DNA of 63,746 nt, filler included, from Craspedostauros australis (lineage: Eukaryota): assembly GCA_030167865.1 (NCBI GenBank). It is 16 parts of 16 records of this genome, joined end to end, with 100 filler letters (N's around TTAATTAATTAA, not from the genome) between each part and the next. Parts side by side here need not be neighbours in the genome. Positions count along the whole stretch, not along the records: positions 60,570 to 63,746 come from JALAGF010006102.1; 15 more parts are not named here. The stretch is one strand, 5' to 3'. The translations under genes were made by a program, and so were the position numbers. Shown here piece after piece: positions 63,501-63,746 of the stretch. Numbering within the stretch: the stretch's first letter is position 1; the number at the start of each line of letters is the position of its first letter. Below the pieces are notes generated by a model. It did not search any database and was not told the origin of the DNA. It was given only the letters and a program-made list of their open reading frames with translations.

Positions 63501-63746
63501 GTGCTGCAGAGGCGATATGATGACCGAAACGGAAGCGACCTACGCTCCAGTCGTCGCATGGTCGTCCGTCCGCGTCTTTCTCATCCTTTCCATTCTGCTC
63601 CGCTGGGTCACGACATCGATCGATTTTTCGAACGCGTTCGTCCAAGCCGACATCCACCGGCCTGTCTACTTACATCTTCCTCGCGGCTTCCGATCAACGA
63701 ATGGACCTGACACGTGCCTCAAGCTGATTAAAAGCCTTTACGGTCT
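60571..63746 (+). mobile_element. Ty1/copia (CoDi-like) pol, open across the whole scaffold: integrase, long insert, reverse transcriptase N-terminus
   Basis: Frame starting at 60571: CAACQFGKQ, PGQQVSVDHF, FVDHASGYIH, LSDNA, NGVAERSI, ITPQFHVVFDDWF, then DPDTLSFNEAM..W..A..KEI..L, GTWVFRRKRMPDG.VKKYKGRWC.RGD, IDFSNAFVQA. Absent from the ORF track because it has no stop in the window. Confidence 0.95.

Overview
Eukaryotic sequence, most likely from a diatom (inferred from the gene families: a DUF6824-type gene, a type-II LRR receptor-like protein and CoDi-like Copia elements). The window is not one locus. It is 16 short unplaced scaffolds joined by an artificial ~100-nt linker (N-run + TTAATTAATTAA + N-run, 15 times), and many internal ~50-N gaps are flanked by duplicated overlaps. 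Content: a subtelomere-like C/A-rich block with CCCTAA seeds and two ~190-200-bp satellites (1-5843); four decayed copies of a very large DDD transposase family whose motifs resemble Sola (Sola3-type) transposases; several Ty1/copia fragments; two LTR families nested in other elements; a probable LINE remnant; and four host genes (CRAL-TRIO-like/DUF6824, LRR receptor-like protein, STAND-ATPase-type helical C-terminus, SAM-methyltransferase-like). The best novelty candidates are (i) Copia polyproteins carrying extra folded domains, one between Gag and protease (shared by three diverged copies) and one between integrase and RT, bounded by cleavage-site-like motifs, and (ii) the giant Sola-like transposases. 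No database searches were run; family names come from motif recognition only.
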